This document shows, one piece after another, positions 24,880 to 37,803 of a stretch of DNA of 64,000 nucleotides. The DNA is from Vicugna vicugna (Eukaryota): positions 5,409,779 to 5,473,778 of the forward strand of contig MU058198.1 in the NCBI GenBank assembly GCA_013265495.1, in the 5' to 3' direction. Position 1 is the first letter of the stretch; every line of letters begins with the position of its first letter. The notes under the pieces are model-generated. The model had not been told where the DNA came from and did no database searches. It saw only the letters and a program-made list of their open reading frames with translations. The translations under genes were made by a program, and so were the position numbers.

Positions 24880-25195
24880 GCACCGCAGGACTTGCTCTGG
24901 TGCAAAAAGGGTGTGAACACCAAGAGGACCTGGAGGTCAGTGGACAGCAGCCTAGTCTCCTCAAGCCACAGTGGGATGGTACCCAGGTGGTTCCTCGAGG
25001 GACCTCGGCAGGATGGAGCCCCGGGGCCCACAGCAGTGACCTGCTCATGAGCGCACCCCTTGCTGGCTTTTCTCGCTTTCCTGCCTTACTTTCTCCACTC
25101 CCTCGCTTGTGCTTCTTGGGACCACCTCCCAAATAAACCATCCAAATCCTTGTCTCAGAGTCTGTGCTGAAGGAGCAGAAACCAAACCACCACCC
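24880..25195 (+). mobile_element. LTR16-family (ERVL) LTR remnant
   Basis: gcccacagcagtgacctgctc...cttcttgggaccacctcccaaataaac...aaatccttgtctcagagtctg is the LTR16 3' end signature. Confidence 0.7.
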
Positions 25196-27721
25196 TAGAC
25201 CCAGCTTCTTCTCACAAGCGTCTTGCCTAGAGTCCAGACCCATTTCTTGGAGTTAAATGCCTTCCTGGAATGAAACACATGTTACCAGACTCTTGGGTCT
25301 CCTTCTAGAGATATTTTATGCATCCACAAGCCGATGCGTACATGAGAGTCACACGCAGGCAAACTTCCTTCTTTTATACCAAGTCTTTGGAGGCCCGCCG
25401 ACATCCTTCAACACGTCTCCTTCATTCCCACGCTCCAATTTCCTATGGGTTCACACACCTTCCTCCAGTGACAGAGGGCTATGAATGGGGAAATACCAAG
25501 GGAACTCAACCCACACCAGGCAAGGCGAAGGCTTCCTAGAGGAAGTGCCACTGAAGCTGAGACCTGAGAGGTGAGGAGAAGCCAGCCAATCCATGAAAAG
25601 GCCTGAAAAAGAGGGGTTGGCTTGCTGGAGGAACTGTCAACGATCTGCTAGAATGTAACCCTGAGGGTGAGGGCAGAATGGTGCCATCTGAGGCTAAGAG
25701 ATGCCCAGAGCCTTCGAACGCTTTCCCACCCTGGCCTGTTCCCCTCCAACCACATCTCTTACTCTTTAGATGTATCTTTAACATTGCACTTTCTCCCAGA
25801 TGGGATTTGTGCTTTAAGCTTTTAGGGCTTGTTTACATGCTGATCCCAAAACCAGGAATGCATTTAACTCCAAGGAAGGACTCTGGGCTTTATGCATGAT
25901 GCCTGGGAAAGAAGCCTGGCCGAGGACAGTGGTTCAGTTTGTGTTCCTCCAGCACAGACCCTGAGACCAGACTTTCCAGCTTGATCATGTTGCCATTTCA
26001 AGATTGTATGGTGGAATCACCCAGTGTGTGACCTTTTGAGATTGGCTTCTTTCACTCAGCATAATTCCCTTGAGATCCAGCTAAGTTGTTGAGGGTATCA
26101 ACAGTCCATTCCTTTTTTATGGTTGCATAGTATTCCACCATGTGGGTGAATCACAGTTTATTTAGCCATTCATGTATTGAGAAACATTTTATTTGTTTCC
26201 AGGGTTCGGCTACTACAAATATAGCTATTACAAATTCTGCTATGAAGAGTTGTGTACAGGTTTTGTGAAAACATAAGTTTTTATTTCTTTGGGATAAATA
26301 CCTGAGTGTAATTGCTGGTCATATAGTAAGTGTAAATTTAGTGGGATTTTTTTAAAGAAGCTACCAAACTGTTTTCCACAGTGGCTGGATAAGTTTAAGT
26401 TCCTACCAGCAGGGCTATGAGTAATTCAAGTAATCAACATCCTTCTAGGATTTGCTTTTTGTCATCATTTTCTATTTTAGCTAATTTGATAGGTGTGTAG
26501 TGTCAGGTCGTTTTCTTCTTAATTTGGATTTCCTTAAAGCCCAGCGATGCTGACTATCTTTTCACACGCTCATTTACCATCTTGCATACGCTCTTCAGTA
26601 AAATATCTCTTCACATCTTTTGCCCATTTTCAAATTACACTGTGATTTTTACTGTTGAGTTTTAATCGTTTTTAATATGTTCTTGATAGTAGCCCTTTGT
26701 CACATATATAGGTAACAAATATTTTCTCCCCCCAATTCTTTTTTCCTGAGAATTTTTATAATAAATGGGTGTTGGATTTTGTCAAGTGATTTTTCTGCAT
26801 CAGTTGATAAGATTCTGTGATTTTTCTTCTTTAACTTATTAACATGATGAATTGTATTGATTTTCAAAATTCAAACCAGACTTCTATCCCTGGACTAAAT
26901 TAAATTATTAATAAAAAGTAACAAAATAATTATATAGATTGTTGATTTCTATTTATTAAGATTTTATTAAGAGTTTTTTCATCTATCATCATGAAGGAAA
27001 TTCATCTGTAGGTTTCTATCTTTCTTTCTGTCTTTTTATTTATTTATTAATATTTTTGCCATCTTTAGTTTTAGTAGCAGAGTGACGTTGGCTTCGTAAA
27101 ATGAATTGTAAAATATTCTCTCTTCTATTTTCTGGAAGGTATTTGTGTAGAATTGCTATTAATTCTTCTTTATACATTTAGTAGAATTCTCCAGTGAAGC
27201 CCTCGGGGCCTGGAGATTACTTCTTTGGGAGGTTTTAATTTATGAGTTCAGTTTCCTTCATAGTATTAGGACTATTCAAATTATCTACTTCACATCTGGT
27301 GGCAATTTGGTTTTTTTGAGGAGTTGGTCCCTTTCATCTAATTTGTCAAATGTACGTGTGTACAGTTGTTTGTGGTATTCTCTTAGTATTCTTTTGATGA
27401 CTGCAGCATCCTAGTGAGCTCCCTTGTTTTGTTTCTGGTAATTCGTAATTTGTGTCTTCCCTCTTTTTCCCTTTGGCATTTTTGCTAAAGGTTTGTCCAT
27501 TATATGAGTTTTCCAAAGAGCCACCTCTTTGTTTCTGTAGATTTTCTCTACAGTTTTTCTGTTTTTAATTCCATTTCTCCTCTTTTCTTTATCATTTCCT
27601 TCTTCTACTTGCTTTGGTTTATTTCTTCTTGTTCTAGTTTCTTGAGGTTAAAGCTTAAGTTTTTAAACTGAGGCTTCTCTTTTCTAATATATGAATTAGA
27701 TGCCATCACTTTCTGTTTTAG

Positions 27722-28010
27722 CAAAAGAATGTATATTGGAAAAAAACCCAAACTCACAGATACAGAGAACAAACCTGTGGTTACCAGTGGGGAGAGAGGT
27801 AGGGAGAGAGACAAGACAGGGGGAGGGGATGAAGAGAGAGAAACCAGTAGGTATAAAATAATAAGATGCAAGGACATATTGTACAGCACAAGGAGTACAG
27901 CCAGTACTTTACAATAACTTTAAATAAAGCTAGAAGAGTTTCAAATCTCTATGTTGTATACCTGAAACTAACATAATATTGTAAATCAAATATTCTTCAC
28001 TAAGAAAAAA
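27722..28010 (+). mobile_element. Younger L1 3' end nested in the old L1, with an 11-bp TSD
   Basis: aactcacagatacagagaacaaacctgtggttaccagtggggag...tgttgtatacctgaaactaacataatattgta. TSD is ttctgttttag (27711-27721) / ttctgctttag (28011-28021). Confidence 0.85.
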
Positions 28011-28925
28011 TTCTGCTTTAGTTTTGTCCTTCACATTTTGATATGTTGTATTTTCATTTTCTTTTCAATTAAATGTGTTTTTGAATTTTTCTTGAGACTT
28101 CCTTTTTGACCCACAGATCACGTAGAAGCGTGGTATTCAGTTTCTAGGTGTATGGAAATTTTCCTGTTATCTTTCTGTTAAAAGTTCAATTCTTTTAAAT
28201 TTGTTGAAGTTTATTTTATAGCCCAGGATATATAGTCCTCTTAGTATATCCATGGGCACTTGAAAAGAATGTATATTCTGCTTTTGTTGAATAGACTGTT
28301 GCATACACGTCAATGAGGTCCTGTTGGTTGATGGTGGTATCGAGTTCTTCTAAATCCTTACCAATTTTCTAATTATTTTATCAATTGTGGTGAGAAGGGT
28401 GTTGATGCCTTCCACATTAATTGTGGATTTGTCTATTTCTCTTTTCATTTCTATCAGTTTTTGTATCGCATATTGTGTGGCTCTTTTGTGCATACACTTT
28501 CAAGATTGATATCTCTTTTTGGTGGATTGACCCTTTTACCATTATGTTATGGCCCTCTTTCTCCCTGCTACTCTGAATATTTTTATCCAATATTAATATA
28601 ACCACTGCTACTTTCCTTTAATTTTTTTCATGGCATATCCTTTTCTATCTGTTTACTTTTAATTTACATATGCATTGAAATCGTTTCTTAGAGGTGGTAT
28701 ATAATTGGACCACATTTTTTAGTCCACTGCGCCAATCTGTCTTTTAATTAGTATATTTAGATCATTTTCATTTACTGTAGTTACATATATTGGGGCTTAA
28801 GTCTGTCATTTAAAGTTGTGTTTCCTGTTTGTTCTCTCTGCTTTTAGTTTTTCTGTTTTGTCTCTTCCGCCTCCTTTTGGATTACTCAAACATTTTTTAT
28901 AATTCCATTTTGATTTATCTAGTAT

Positions 28926-28964
28926 TTTTTTAAACATTTTTTACTGAGTCATAGTCATTTTACA
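28926..28964 (-). mobile_element. ~40-bp extremely 5'-truncated L1 3' terminus with a perfect 9-bp TSD
   Basis: ttttttaaacattttttactgagtcatagtcattttaca lies between two atctagtat copies (28917-28925 and 28965-28973). It matches the L1 termini at ~4640 and ~6380. Confidence 0.7.
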
Positions 28965-31374
28965 ATCTAGTATCTCTGAGTGGTTACTCTAGGTATTACA
29001 TTGCATGTACTTAATTTATCAGAGTCTGCTTCTAGCAACATTTTACCAGTTCAGCTGCGGTCTAGGAACCTCACTTCCTTTTTGTCCCTTTACCCCTAAT
29101 CATTTATAATATAATTGTCTTAGATATCACCTCCGCGTACTTTGAAGTACCTATTAAACAGTCTGATGATTTTTGTTTCACCTAGCCCACGTATTTTTGA
29201 AAACTCAAGTGAAGAATAAAATCCGCCGTACTTAAACATATTTTTGCTGTCTCTTTTTCTTTTTCTCCTTTCTGGTGTTCCAAGGGTCCATTATTATTTT
29301 CTTTTTGCATAAATAACTTCCTTTAGCCATTCTTTCAGGGAATGTCTATGCCAAACTCTCTTAGTTTCCCTTCATCTGAATATATCTCGCTTTCCCCTTC
29401 ATTCCTGATGGATATTTTTCTGGATGCAGAATTCGGGGTTCATAATTCTTTCCTTGCAACACTTGAGCAATGCTGGGCCACTTCATTCCAGTCTTCACGG
29501 TTCCTGACTCTAAAAATCTGCTGTTGTTCTAATTGCTTTCCCCTAACATGTAATTTCTCTCTGGTCGCTTTCAAGATGTTTTTGTCTTGTTCACTCAGCT
29601 TCTTCAATCTGTCAGTTTATGACTTGTGTTGAATTTGGGGAATTTCCAGCCATCATTTCTTTGAATAGTTTTTCACCCCCACCCTTTTTCTTCTCCTCTA
29701 GGACAATGATGGCCTAAATGTTAGGTCTTTTGTTACATCCCACGTGTCTCGAGGGTTCTGTTCACTCGCTTCTATTTTCTCCCTGGGGTTCAGACTGGGT
29801 CATTTCTATTTTAAGCTCACTGGTCCCTTCCTCTTTCCTCTCCATTCTGCTCCAAGTCCACCTATTGAATTTCTATTTCACCTTTGTATTTTTTTAGCTC
29901 TAAAACTTCCATTTGGTTCTTCTTTCTATATCTTACATTCTTTGCTGAGCGTTTCTATTTCTTTTCTGAGACTTCCTATATTTTCATTTGTTTCAACTGT
30001 GTTCATAGTTCCTCACTGAAGCATTTTTAAGACAGCCACTTTAAAATACCTGTCAGATAAATCTAACATCTCTGCCATCTTAGTGCTGGATTCTGTTGGT
30101 TGCCTACTGCCCCCCCTTTTTTTCACTCAAGTTGAGATATTCCTGGTTGTTTGTATGACAAGAGATCATCGACTGATACCTGGCCATTTATAAATATTAT
30201 AAGACTCTGGATCTTATTTAATTTTGTGTTTTAGCAGGCCTCCCCTGACACTGCTCCTCCAACACTGAATGAGGGGGACGCTGTCTCATTACTGCCACGT
30301 GGAGGTGGAATTCCAGCTTCTCCACTTGGCCTCCACTGACACCCAACGGGGAATGGGGCTCCTTATTACGACTGCGCAGGAATGGGAGCTCCAGCTCCCT
30401 GCTAGGTGTCTGTTGATACCATGCTACCTGGGAGAGGGCAGTGAGTCTGGTCACTGCTCCCCATGTGGCCTCCACTGGTAGCACAGAAGGTGGCCTCACT
30501 GATGATGAGCAGTGGCGAGAGTCCTGCCTCTCCATCAGACCTCATCTGGACCATCCCAGTGAGGACGGGAGTGAGTCCCTCATACCGCTAAGCGGAGATG
30601 GGAGTCCACGCTCCCTACCTGGTCTCCATCAACAGCACCCAAGCAGAGGATCTGGGACACCTCATCGCAGCCACTCAGTCCTTGCTGACAGAAATGGCAA
30701 CTTGGCTTCTCTGAATGGCTGGCTTTTCCAGGAGACGGTCTGAGGTAGATAAGGCTGAAAGGAAATCTAGAGAACCCACCACTGTGTTGTTCCTCAGGTT
30801 TTGAGGTTCCAAGACTGTCTTCTCTCCATCTTTCAGAGTCTTCTTATGTTTGTTTTATATATAATGTCCAGGGGCTTTTAGCTGTACTTAATAGGATAAA
30901 TAGGTAAAAGTATGTCTGTCCACTCCATGTTACCAGAAGTGGACATTCCCTGATTAAATTATTTAATATTTGTTGATAGATAGTATATGCACGTGGTTCA
31001 AAATTCAAAAGGTACAAAGAGATCTTAACGCTGGTCTATCGGATTCTTGATGCTCGTGTCCTCAGCAACCTCCCACTTTCCTGGAACTGCCTTCCCAGCT
31101 CCCCCTCCTAGTCCAGAGTCTGGGGAGGGGGTGCTTCTCACACTTTCACACCTTCAGTTAATCACAAGGGTTTGCTGCAGTGGACATTAGTTATCAATGC
31201 TGACTTCCAAGCTGTCTGAGAAACGTAGCGGCAGCCTGGCTAGCACGCGTGGCCACTAACAACACAGGTTAGCTCCAGGGCTGCTTCTCCCCACTGGACC
31301 TTGCGCTCCAGGAAATCAGAGCTGGCTTTTGTTTTTCTTGACAGATACATCCTCAGCCCCCACGAAGTACCTGG

Positions 31375-31505
31375 CACCAAAATGTACCACAGTTATGTAA
31401 GATGCTAACATCAGGGGAGGCTGGGTGAAGGAGACATGGGAACTCCAGTTTTCTGTTTTGTCTTTGCAACTCTTCTATAAATCTAAAATTACGCCAAGTT
31501 AAAAC
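31375..31505 (+). mobile_element. L1MC-type 3' UTR fragment
   Basis: aatgtaccacagttatgtaagatgctaaca...ggaggctgggtgaagg...tttgcaactcttctataaatctaaaatt. Confidence 0.7.
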
Positions 31506-32475
31506 AAATAGCAATAATGCTGGCAGGCAAAATAAATAAAAGTGGGTTCCCACAAATGTGAACCTGGCTTGCTTGTTCCTTTTCCTGTGGCTGTCATTCC
31601 TAAGCCTCATCTCCAGAGCCCTGGGCCATCCTTTGAGCCTCTGGAGTAATATATACCTGCCAACATCTGAGAGTAGGTAATGCCTAGTGCCTGGCGCTGG
31701 GAGAACTCCCTGACATCACCCAGCCACCCCTGTCCGGTGCATCGGCCTCAGCAAAGGAAGCAATTGAAGGATTTGATTGTACCAGCACTTTGCGGAGCTC
31801 ACTCAACCCATCAAAATAATTGTTTAACTTAATGTGAAATCTGAGATCCGCAGCTGTGTGTCTGTCCTCCCCAGGATCTCAGGGCTGGCTGCTGCCGGCG
31901 CTGGTCTCAGCGCCTCCAATTCACAGCAGTTTGGAAGTCTCCCTAATTAGTTCCAGCACCATTCAAGGTGTCATTTTCTTTTCTTTTATTTTTATTTTTA
32001 TTTTTAATGAGCCAAATAACATATTGCTGCTTAAGTGTCTGGGAGATGAGGAGCTATAAATAAAATTATAATTCACTTGAAGTCTATCACACAGATAGAC
32101 CAAGTTCAGAAGGAAGTTTTAATTTGACTAATGAGATGAAACTTTCTCTGCAGAGTGTGGGCTGTGGGTATGAATATCACTCTGTCACCCAGAGCGGGGC
32201 ATTTCCCCAAAAGACCAGGGAGACAGTGCAGCCTGGAGGCAGCGAACAAAACTTGATCTGCTCAACAGAGGGTGTCAGTGGGGTCCAGGAACCCCAACTC
32301 CAATTCAGATCTCTGACCTGAGTCTTCTTGGCCCAGAGGCCCTGCCTCTCCTTTCTTCCTCAGGTCTCAGTTTCCCTTTATAGCCAAGGAGGAGGAGGAA
32401 GCTCATGTTTCCATCAGTTTTTATGACCATGAGAACATCTTATATATGTGAAAATAGCTCATCCCGGGGAGCTGG

Positions 32476-32620
32476 TGCTGTGATGTAGTGGTTAAGGGCT
32501 TGTGCTCAGAAGCCTTTCTGCTTGAGTTCAAATCCGGCTTCCTTTATTCACTGGCTGTGTCTATTCAGGCAAATTACTTAATCTCTCTGTGCCCCCACTT
32601 TCTTCGCCTGTTAAATACTC
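32476..32620 (+). mobile_element. MIR SINE
   Basis: tgtagtggttaagggc...gagttcaaatccggct...ggcaaattacttaatctctctgtgcc. Confidence 0.75.
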
Positions 32621-32954
32621 ATCAGGCTTCTTAAAAAATTGATATATATCCAAATTGCTTCGAATTTATAGAGAGGACATAGCAAATTCTCTAGAAGTCT
32701 TATCTAGTAGATGTATTCTCAGAGGACCCTGAGATATTCCAATGCCTTTGTGGTTCAGATATCAGTGGTCTGTGGACCTCCAAAGAGCCACGGTATATAA
32801 ACAGGTCGACAGTATGTCTGTGACATTGAAATACAACGAGGGAAGGGAGGCATTAGGGAACAAGGCTGAGAAACACTCAGAGGTGGATCTACAGTAATAA
32901 CTTGTGTGCAACGTTTAGCAGGCACGCCCCTCGTCTGATCACATCTGTTGCGGC

Positions 32955-33175
32955 CTAAGGTTTGGGACCAGCTTGGCCATTATTTAAATCTGGCCCTCCT
33001 ACTGATAAACTGTGTGATCTTAGCAAGTTACATCCCTTCTCTGTGCTTGGGTTTTCTTAGCTATAAAATGGAGCTATTGAAGTTGTGGGAAGGATGAAAT
33101 GAAACGAACGCACGGCGAGGGCTTAGTGCAATGCCTCCCATACAACAGACGCTCGATATATGGCAGCTATTATGC
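32955..33175 (+). mobile_element. MIR SINE
   Basis: ctgtgtgatcttagcaagttac...ctctgtgcttgggttttcttagctataaaatgg...gcttagtgcaatgcct. Confidence 0.7.
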
Positions 33176-34254
33176 GGATGAGTTTCCTCATTATTTTACC
33201 GAGCGTGTAAAGAGCCCAGCGCACGATGGCCACATGATCCACGATAGCTCGGCAGTGCCTCGGCACCATCTCAGGGCTGACGCTTCCTCGCTCCCTCTAA
33301 TGATACCAGAGACATGTTGCTGTTTGCTATGCAAACATTTTGCTGTTCATCTGTAATCATAACATCACGCCATCGAGGGGACTGTGACAAAGAGGAACAC
33401 ACTGATGTGGGATATTTGCAATGGCTCGTCAGTTCCCGGCGGACCTGCAAGGAGGCGGCCGACCAGCCTCTGGCTTCCCTGGGCACATTTCCGGAGAGGA
33501 CGCCTTATCAGTGCCGCTGGGCACGGAGCGCTTCCTCTCACACAGTCAATCTCTGATCAGCCGAGGTGCCCTAAAGAAAGGACCACTCTTAAATAATCCA
33601 TATGGAATTAAAATGATGGAAACGTGCACCTGGCCACTCGGGGGTTCCCACCAGAGCAGAAGGAATTCCGGACTTGTGCTCAGGGAAGAGAACTGGAGAA
33701 TGGAAGCCACTCAGGGCACTCCTGTGCACCCAGGGGCCAAGGCTTGTGTCGTGACCCACACAGCCCATAGGGCCATCTTGGCTGCCTGCAAATCCCCCAG
33801 CGTTCACGGTAGGGGGATGTATCTTTTTCCTGCTCTAAGTGCCCTCCCTAGGTCTTACCTAAATTCTTCCTGTTGTAGATGGAATCCATCTCTCACTGGG
33901 TCTTGGAGACTCCTAAGTATGGCTTCCACTTGGGTATGGAGAATGGAAATGGGGGGCACTGCAGGCCAGCAAGCACCCCAGCTCAGCCCCTCCAGCCTGC
34001 TGACTCAGCCTGTCGAGCACAGGTATGGAGGGGTACCTCCCAGCTGGCTGTCCAGGAGTCTCCTTGGGGATGACAAGTGTCTTGAGGCATGGGGGTCTAC
34101 GATGGACAGAATCCAGCCTTTTGGCCCAGCTTGGAGACAGTCTCTCTTGGGCAGTCAGCTGGTACATGGAGAACAGAGATTATCCCTGTGCGTATGTATA
34201 CAGAAGCCTCACCAGCCCAGCACCCCAAGGTCCCACGGGCTGTGTGGCTGACAC

Positions 34255-34960
34255 GTCAGCATCATTTACTCACAGGGAACTTCTGCTGTGCCAGGTAGAT
34301 GCCTGGGGTACCAGAGATAAAACAAAGGACAAACAAACAGAAACAAAACCAACAACAGCAAAGTCACTGACTTCATGGGGCTTACCTTCTAATCAAGATG
34401 GGTAACACAGATGTAAGTAGGGGTGATATGGAAAATAATAGAATAAATAGTAAATAATAGATATAAATGATGGATTAGATTATTACATCCATATTATAAT
34501 AGATTAGGTTATTATATCTATACTAAACATAGATATAAATAATAAATCATAGAATAATAATAAATAGATAATAGAGTATGGAGAAGAATAAAGCAGAGAG
34601 TGTGACGGGGGGCAGGGGGGCTGTTTTAGGCAGAACGGCCAGGGTAGGCTGTCTGATGAGGAGATGTTTGAACAGAAGCCTGAACAAGTAGAGGGGGTGG
34701 TGGGCGCAAGAAGCCACGTACATCTCGCAGAGAGGAAAGCCTGGGAGATTGAATGTGGTTGGTGGGTTCATGACTGAAGGGGCCGGAGCAGAGAGAGCAG
34801 GCAGGGAGTGACAGGAGGGAGAGCAGAGGGGGCAGGAGCCAATCATGGAGGAGCCTGTGGTTCATGGGAAGGTGACTGGATCTCATTCTAAGTGAAATCA
34901 GAAGCTACTGGAGCCTTAACAGCAGGTGATTATTTTTACGGGGTGACTCTGATTGCTGGG
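34255..34960 (-). mobile_element. L2 fragment with AT-rich low-complexity insert
   Basis: cttcatggggcttaccttcta...ggccagggtaggctgtctgatgaggagatgtttgaacagaagcctgaa...ggatctcattctaagtgaaa. Confidence 0.75.
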
Positions 34961-34984
34961 TAGGCGATTTTAAACTGGCCCCCA

Positions 34985-35336
34985 CGGGTCGTGCTGAAGT
35001 GCTGGCTGGTGTTCCCCAGTTCGAGAAGGCTGTGCTGGGCCTTACGGAGAAAATAATGCATCAGATAAGCTTTGCTCAGGCATGAGTCACAGCGCTGCTG
35101 GCTGTGAGTTCAATGTTAATGAATCAACAACGTATATTAAATGAGCTGTGTTGAAATAGAAACACACACTAAACAAAGCTATGTATTGACTGATGGATGA
35201 AAACGTCATGACCATAAGCTCACGGGAACCTAGCCCCATATTTCACCTACGAGTGGTGCATTATTCAGGAATCATGAATTCAGTGTTTGTGGCGACTTTA
35301 TAGAACATAACTCCCATGAATAAAAAGAATCAATTG
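34985..35336. mobile_element. TcMar-Tigger DNA transposon fragment (MER82-like)
   Basis: gtgagttcaatgttaatgaatcaacaa...gtggcgactttatagaacataact...gaatcaattg ends next to TA (35337-35338), the Tc1/mariner target. Confidence 0.7.
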
Positions 35337-35542
35337 TAAATGGATTCAGGATATACTTTGGAGGCAGAAGGGGAGAGAGGACCATCACCTGACTCCATCC
35401 TTCCACGGGTGTTCCTTCCTCAGAAAACCCAGGAGGCGGGGATTATTTTACAGATGAGCAAACTGAGGCCAACTTCACGCTGCCAGTGAAGGCAGAATTG
35501 AGGAACAAGCCACGGTCTAAATCCAGTCCTCTCTTTCTCGGT

Positions 35543-35902
35543 GTATTCATTTGCTTGGGCTGCCACGACAAAATACCATGCAGTGGGTGGCTTAAACAAC
35601 AGAAATCAATTTTCCCACAGTTCTGGAGGCTAGAAGTCCAAGATCAAGGTGTCAGCAGATTTGGTTTCTCCTGAGGTCTCTCTCCTTGGCTGGGCACTCA
35701 TGTGCTGTTCCTCTGGGTGTGCTCCTCCCAAATGTCCTCTTCTTGTAAGAACTGTCATGTTGGATGACGGTCCACCCTAAGGACTTCCCTTGGATTGAAT
35801 CACCTCTTTAAAGCCTCTGTCTCCAAGGAGCCACATTCTGAGGTCCTGGGGGTTGGGACCTCAACAGATGGATTTCAGGGAGACACAATTCAGCCCAGAA
35901 CA
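35543..35902 (-). mobile_element. MLT1A/B/C-type MaLR solo LTR
   Basis: tgtattcatttgcttgggctgcc...acagttctggaggctagaagtccaagatcaaggtgtcagcag...gacacaattcagcccagaaca. Confidence 0.85.
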
Positions 35903-35970
35903 CTCAGCAACAGCTGTACTTCCTCTCACGCTCTCTCTCTCTGTCCATCAATTGTAAAATAAGGGCTTGT

Positions 35971-36258
35971 TAAAAACAGGCTCACAGACATAGAAAACAA
36001 ACCATGGTTACCAAAGGGGAAAGGGCGGGGAGGGATTAATTAGGGGTTGGGGATTAAGAGACACGCATTACTATATATAAAACAGGTAAACAACGAGGAC
36101 CTACTGTATAGCACAAGGAACTGTATTCAGTTTCTTGTAATAACATTGATGGAAAAGAATCTGAAAAAAATATATATATATGTATAACTGAATCACTTTG
36201 CTGTACACCTGAAACTAACATTGTAAATCAACTACACTTCAATAAAAAAAATTTTTTT
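35971..36258 (+). mobile_element. 5'-truncated L1 3' end (lineage-specific type)
   Basis: ctcacagacatagaaaacaaaccatggttaccaaagggg...gctgtacacctgaaactaaca...cttcaataaaaaaa. Confidence 0.9.
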
Positions 36259-37399
36259 TAAAAGGCAGGCCTTGTAGAGTCCTGGGGGAGGCATTGTCCA
36301 TTTCTCTCTGATGCTATTAAGTGTTCTTGTCTGTCCTGTCACTGAGGCCAGAACTGCAGCCTGGAGCATCCAAGGAGGAAGGAACAGGCAGAAACAAGAA
36401 AGCCGTGAAGTCATCTTGGGTTCTTTGACCACATAATTATCTCCGCCTTCCCTTGCCGCACGATTCTTTCTGCCATTTAATAAACTAACTCCAAAATGAT
36501 GAGAGAAAGGAAACCACTGTCTCAAGTCCTGGAAGCTCCCTGAGGGATTATGGGATTTTACATCATTAAACAGGAGCCGTGTAATTTTCTACCTGCTCGC
36601 CTCCGTTGCATATTGTATGTTGCCCCCTCACTACTTCTCAGCTCCTCTTTCAAGTTGCAAACACAATTCACTGGGACAAAAATGCCTCTCCTTCATTCTC
36701 TGCTTGGCTCCTCCGGCTTCTGCTGCCCACATGTTCTCAGCCTACCTAGCGTCCAGCTGGGGTGCACAGGGCCCCTCCACTGTGCCTAGGTGGAAGCCTG
36801 CCTTGGCAAAATAGCTCACTTTCCCAAGCCTCTGTTGGTTCACCTCCAAAATGGGTTTGAATTATTTTCTTGACTGGTTCACACGGAGGTCTAAAGAGCC
36901 CTGCGACTGCCCGGGGCCTGTCATGTGCTTTACAAACTAGAAGTGCTGTGCAAATATTATTATCGTCAACATGCTTTGGAAAAAACTGGCTCCCCAGGCA
37001 CGAGCAGCGGCAGTGATGGGAGGACTCTGATGATGCTGGGGGCACAAGGCTTCTCTGCTTTGGCCTGGGTGTTGTGGGGGCTGCCGGGGCGTTTGTGACC
37101 CGGCAGCCATCCTGGGGCAGATGGTGCGGAAGGACAGCATTATAGACACTCTCATCCAGTGTCCTACAGGTTTATGCCTTTGGGGCCCCGGTAGGAAGAA
37201 GAAATAGAGGAAGCAGGCCAGATGTTTCTCAGAAAATATGGAGTCGAGGGAGTGTGGGAATTAGAGATTTTTCTTTCAAATTCCTTGTCTTAGAAACACT
37301 GAGCGTGCTAAGTAATACGCCCGACAGGCAGAATCCGACCCAGGGGAGTTCAGTTAAAACTCTGAAGTTGGCTTCTGTACACGATGCACGTGCTCTTTT

Positions 37400-37803
37400 C
37401 ACATCCCCTGGGCCCACCCAGAGGTCGTCTGCAGACCGTGCCTCTCCGCCTGAGGACAGTTGGCGGTCAGGTCAGGACGCTCAGTGACACCTGGGGCAGG
37501 CTGGGTGTCGATGCTCCTGGAGCCACCCCCTACCAGAGGAACAGAGGCGAGTGAAACCCTCCAGCTTGCTTGGCCGGCAAAGGGACAGTTCTAACGTTCT
37601 GTCAGAGGGTCTCCTGCAGGACTGAGCCCCGCTGGCCCACTGCAGGAATCAGCCAGCTCGCTGATGCACCATTCCTTGGTGTCCCGTCCTTTCCCATTTC
37701 CCTTCCCTACTCCCACCATGGTTTCTGGCTTCATGAGATAATGAACAAGGTGCATCCAAACGCTTGCCTCAGATCTGCTTCTACGGGAACCCAAACTACG
37801 ACA
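37400..37803 (+). mobile_element. LTR16-family (ERVL) LTR remnant
   Basis: gggacagttct...ctgagccccgctggcccactgcag...cttgcctcagatctgcttctacgggaacccaaactacgaca. Confidence 0.65.

Larger units (their letters stand above)
26000..30950 (-). mobile_element. Old, internally deleted L1 (L1MC/MD-type) retaining 3' UTR, ORF2 pieces and apparent 5' end
   Basis: A T-rich L1 reverse complement runs continuously. The endonuclease-like frame EGHNIMVKGSIHQKEISILKVYA is at 28417-28605. The 5'-end-like block tcagagtcttcttatgtttgttttatatataatgtccagg is at ~30835-30950. Confidence 0.8.

Noticed and set aside
31802..31817. Exact 16-mer ctcaacccatcaaaat repeated at 50284-50299, both in enhancer-like blocks
   Set aside because: About 0.5 such matches are expected by chance in 64 kb ((64000^2/2)/4^16), and the flanks do not align.
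33421..34251. Longest ORF (276 aa)
   Set aside because: It has no recognisable domain, has the amino-acid composition of random GC-rich DNA, and shows no exon structure. I treat it as a chance ORF.
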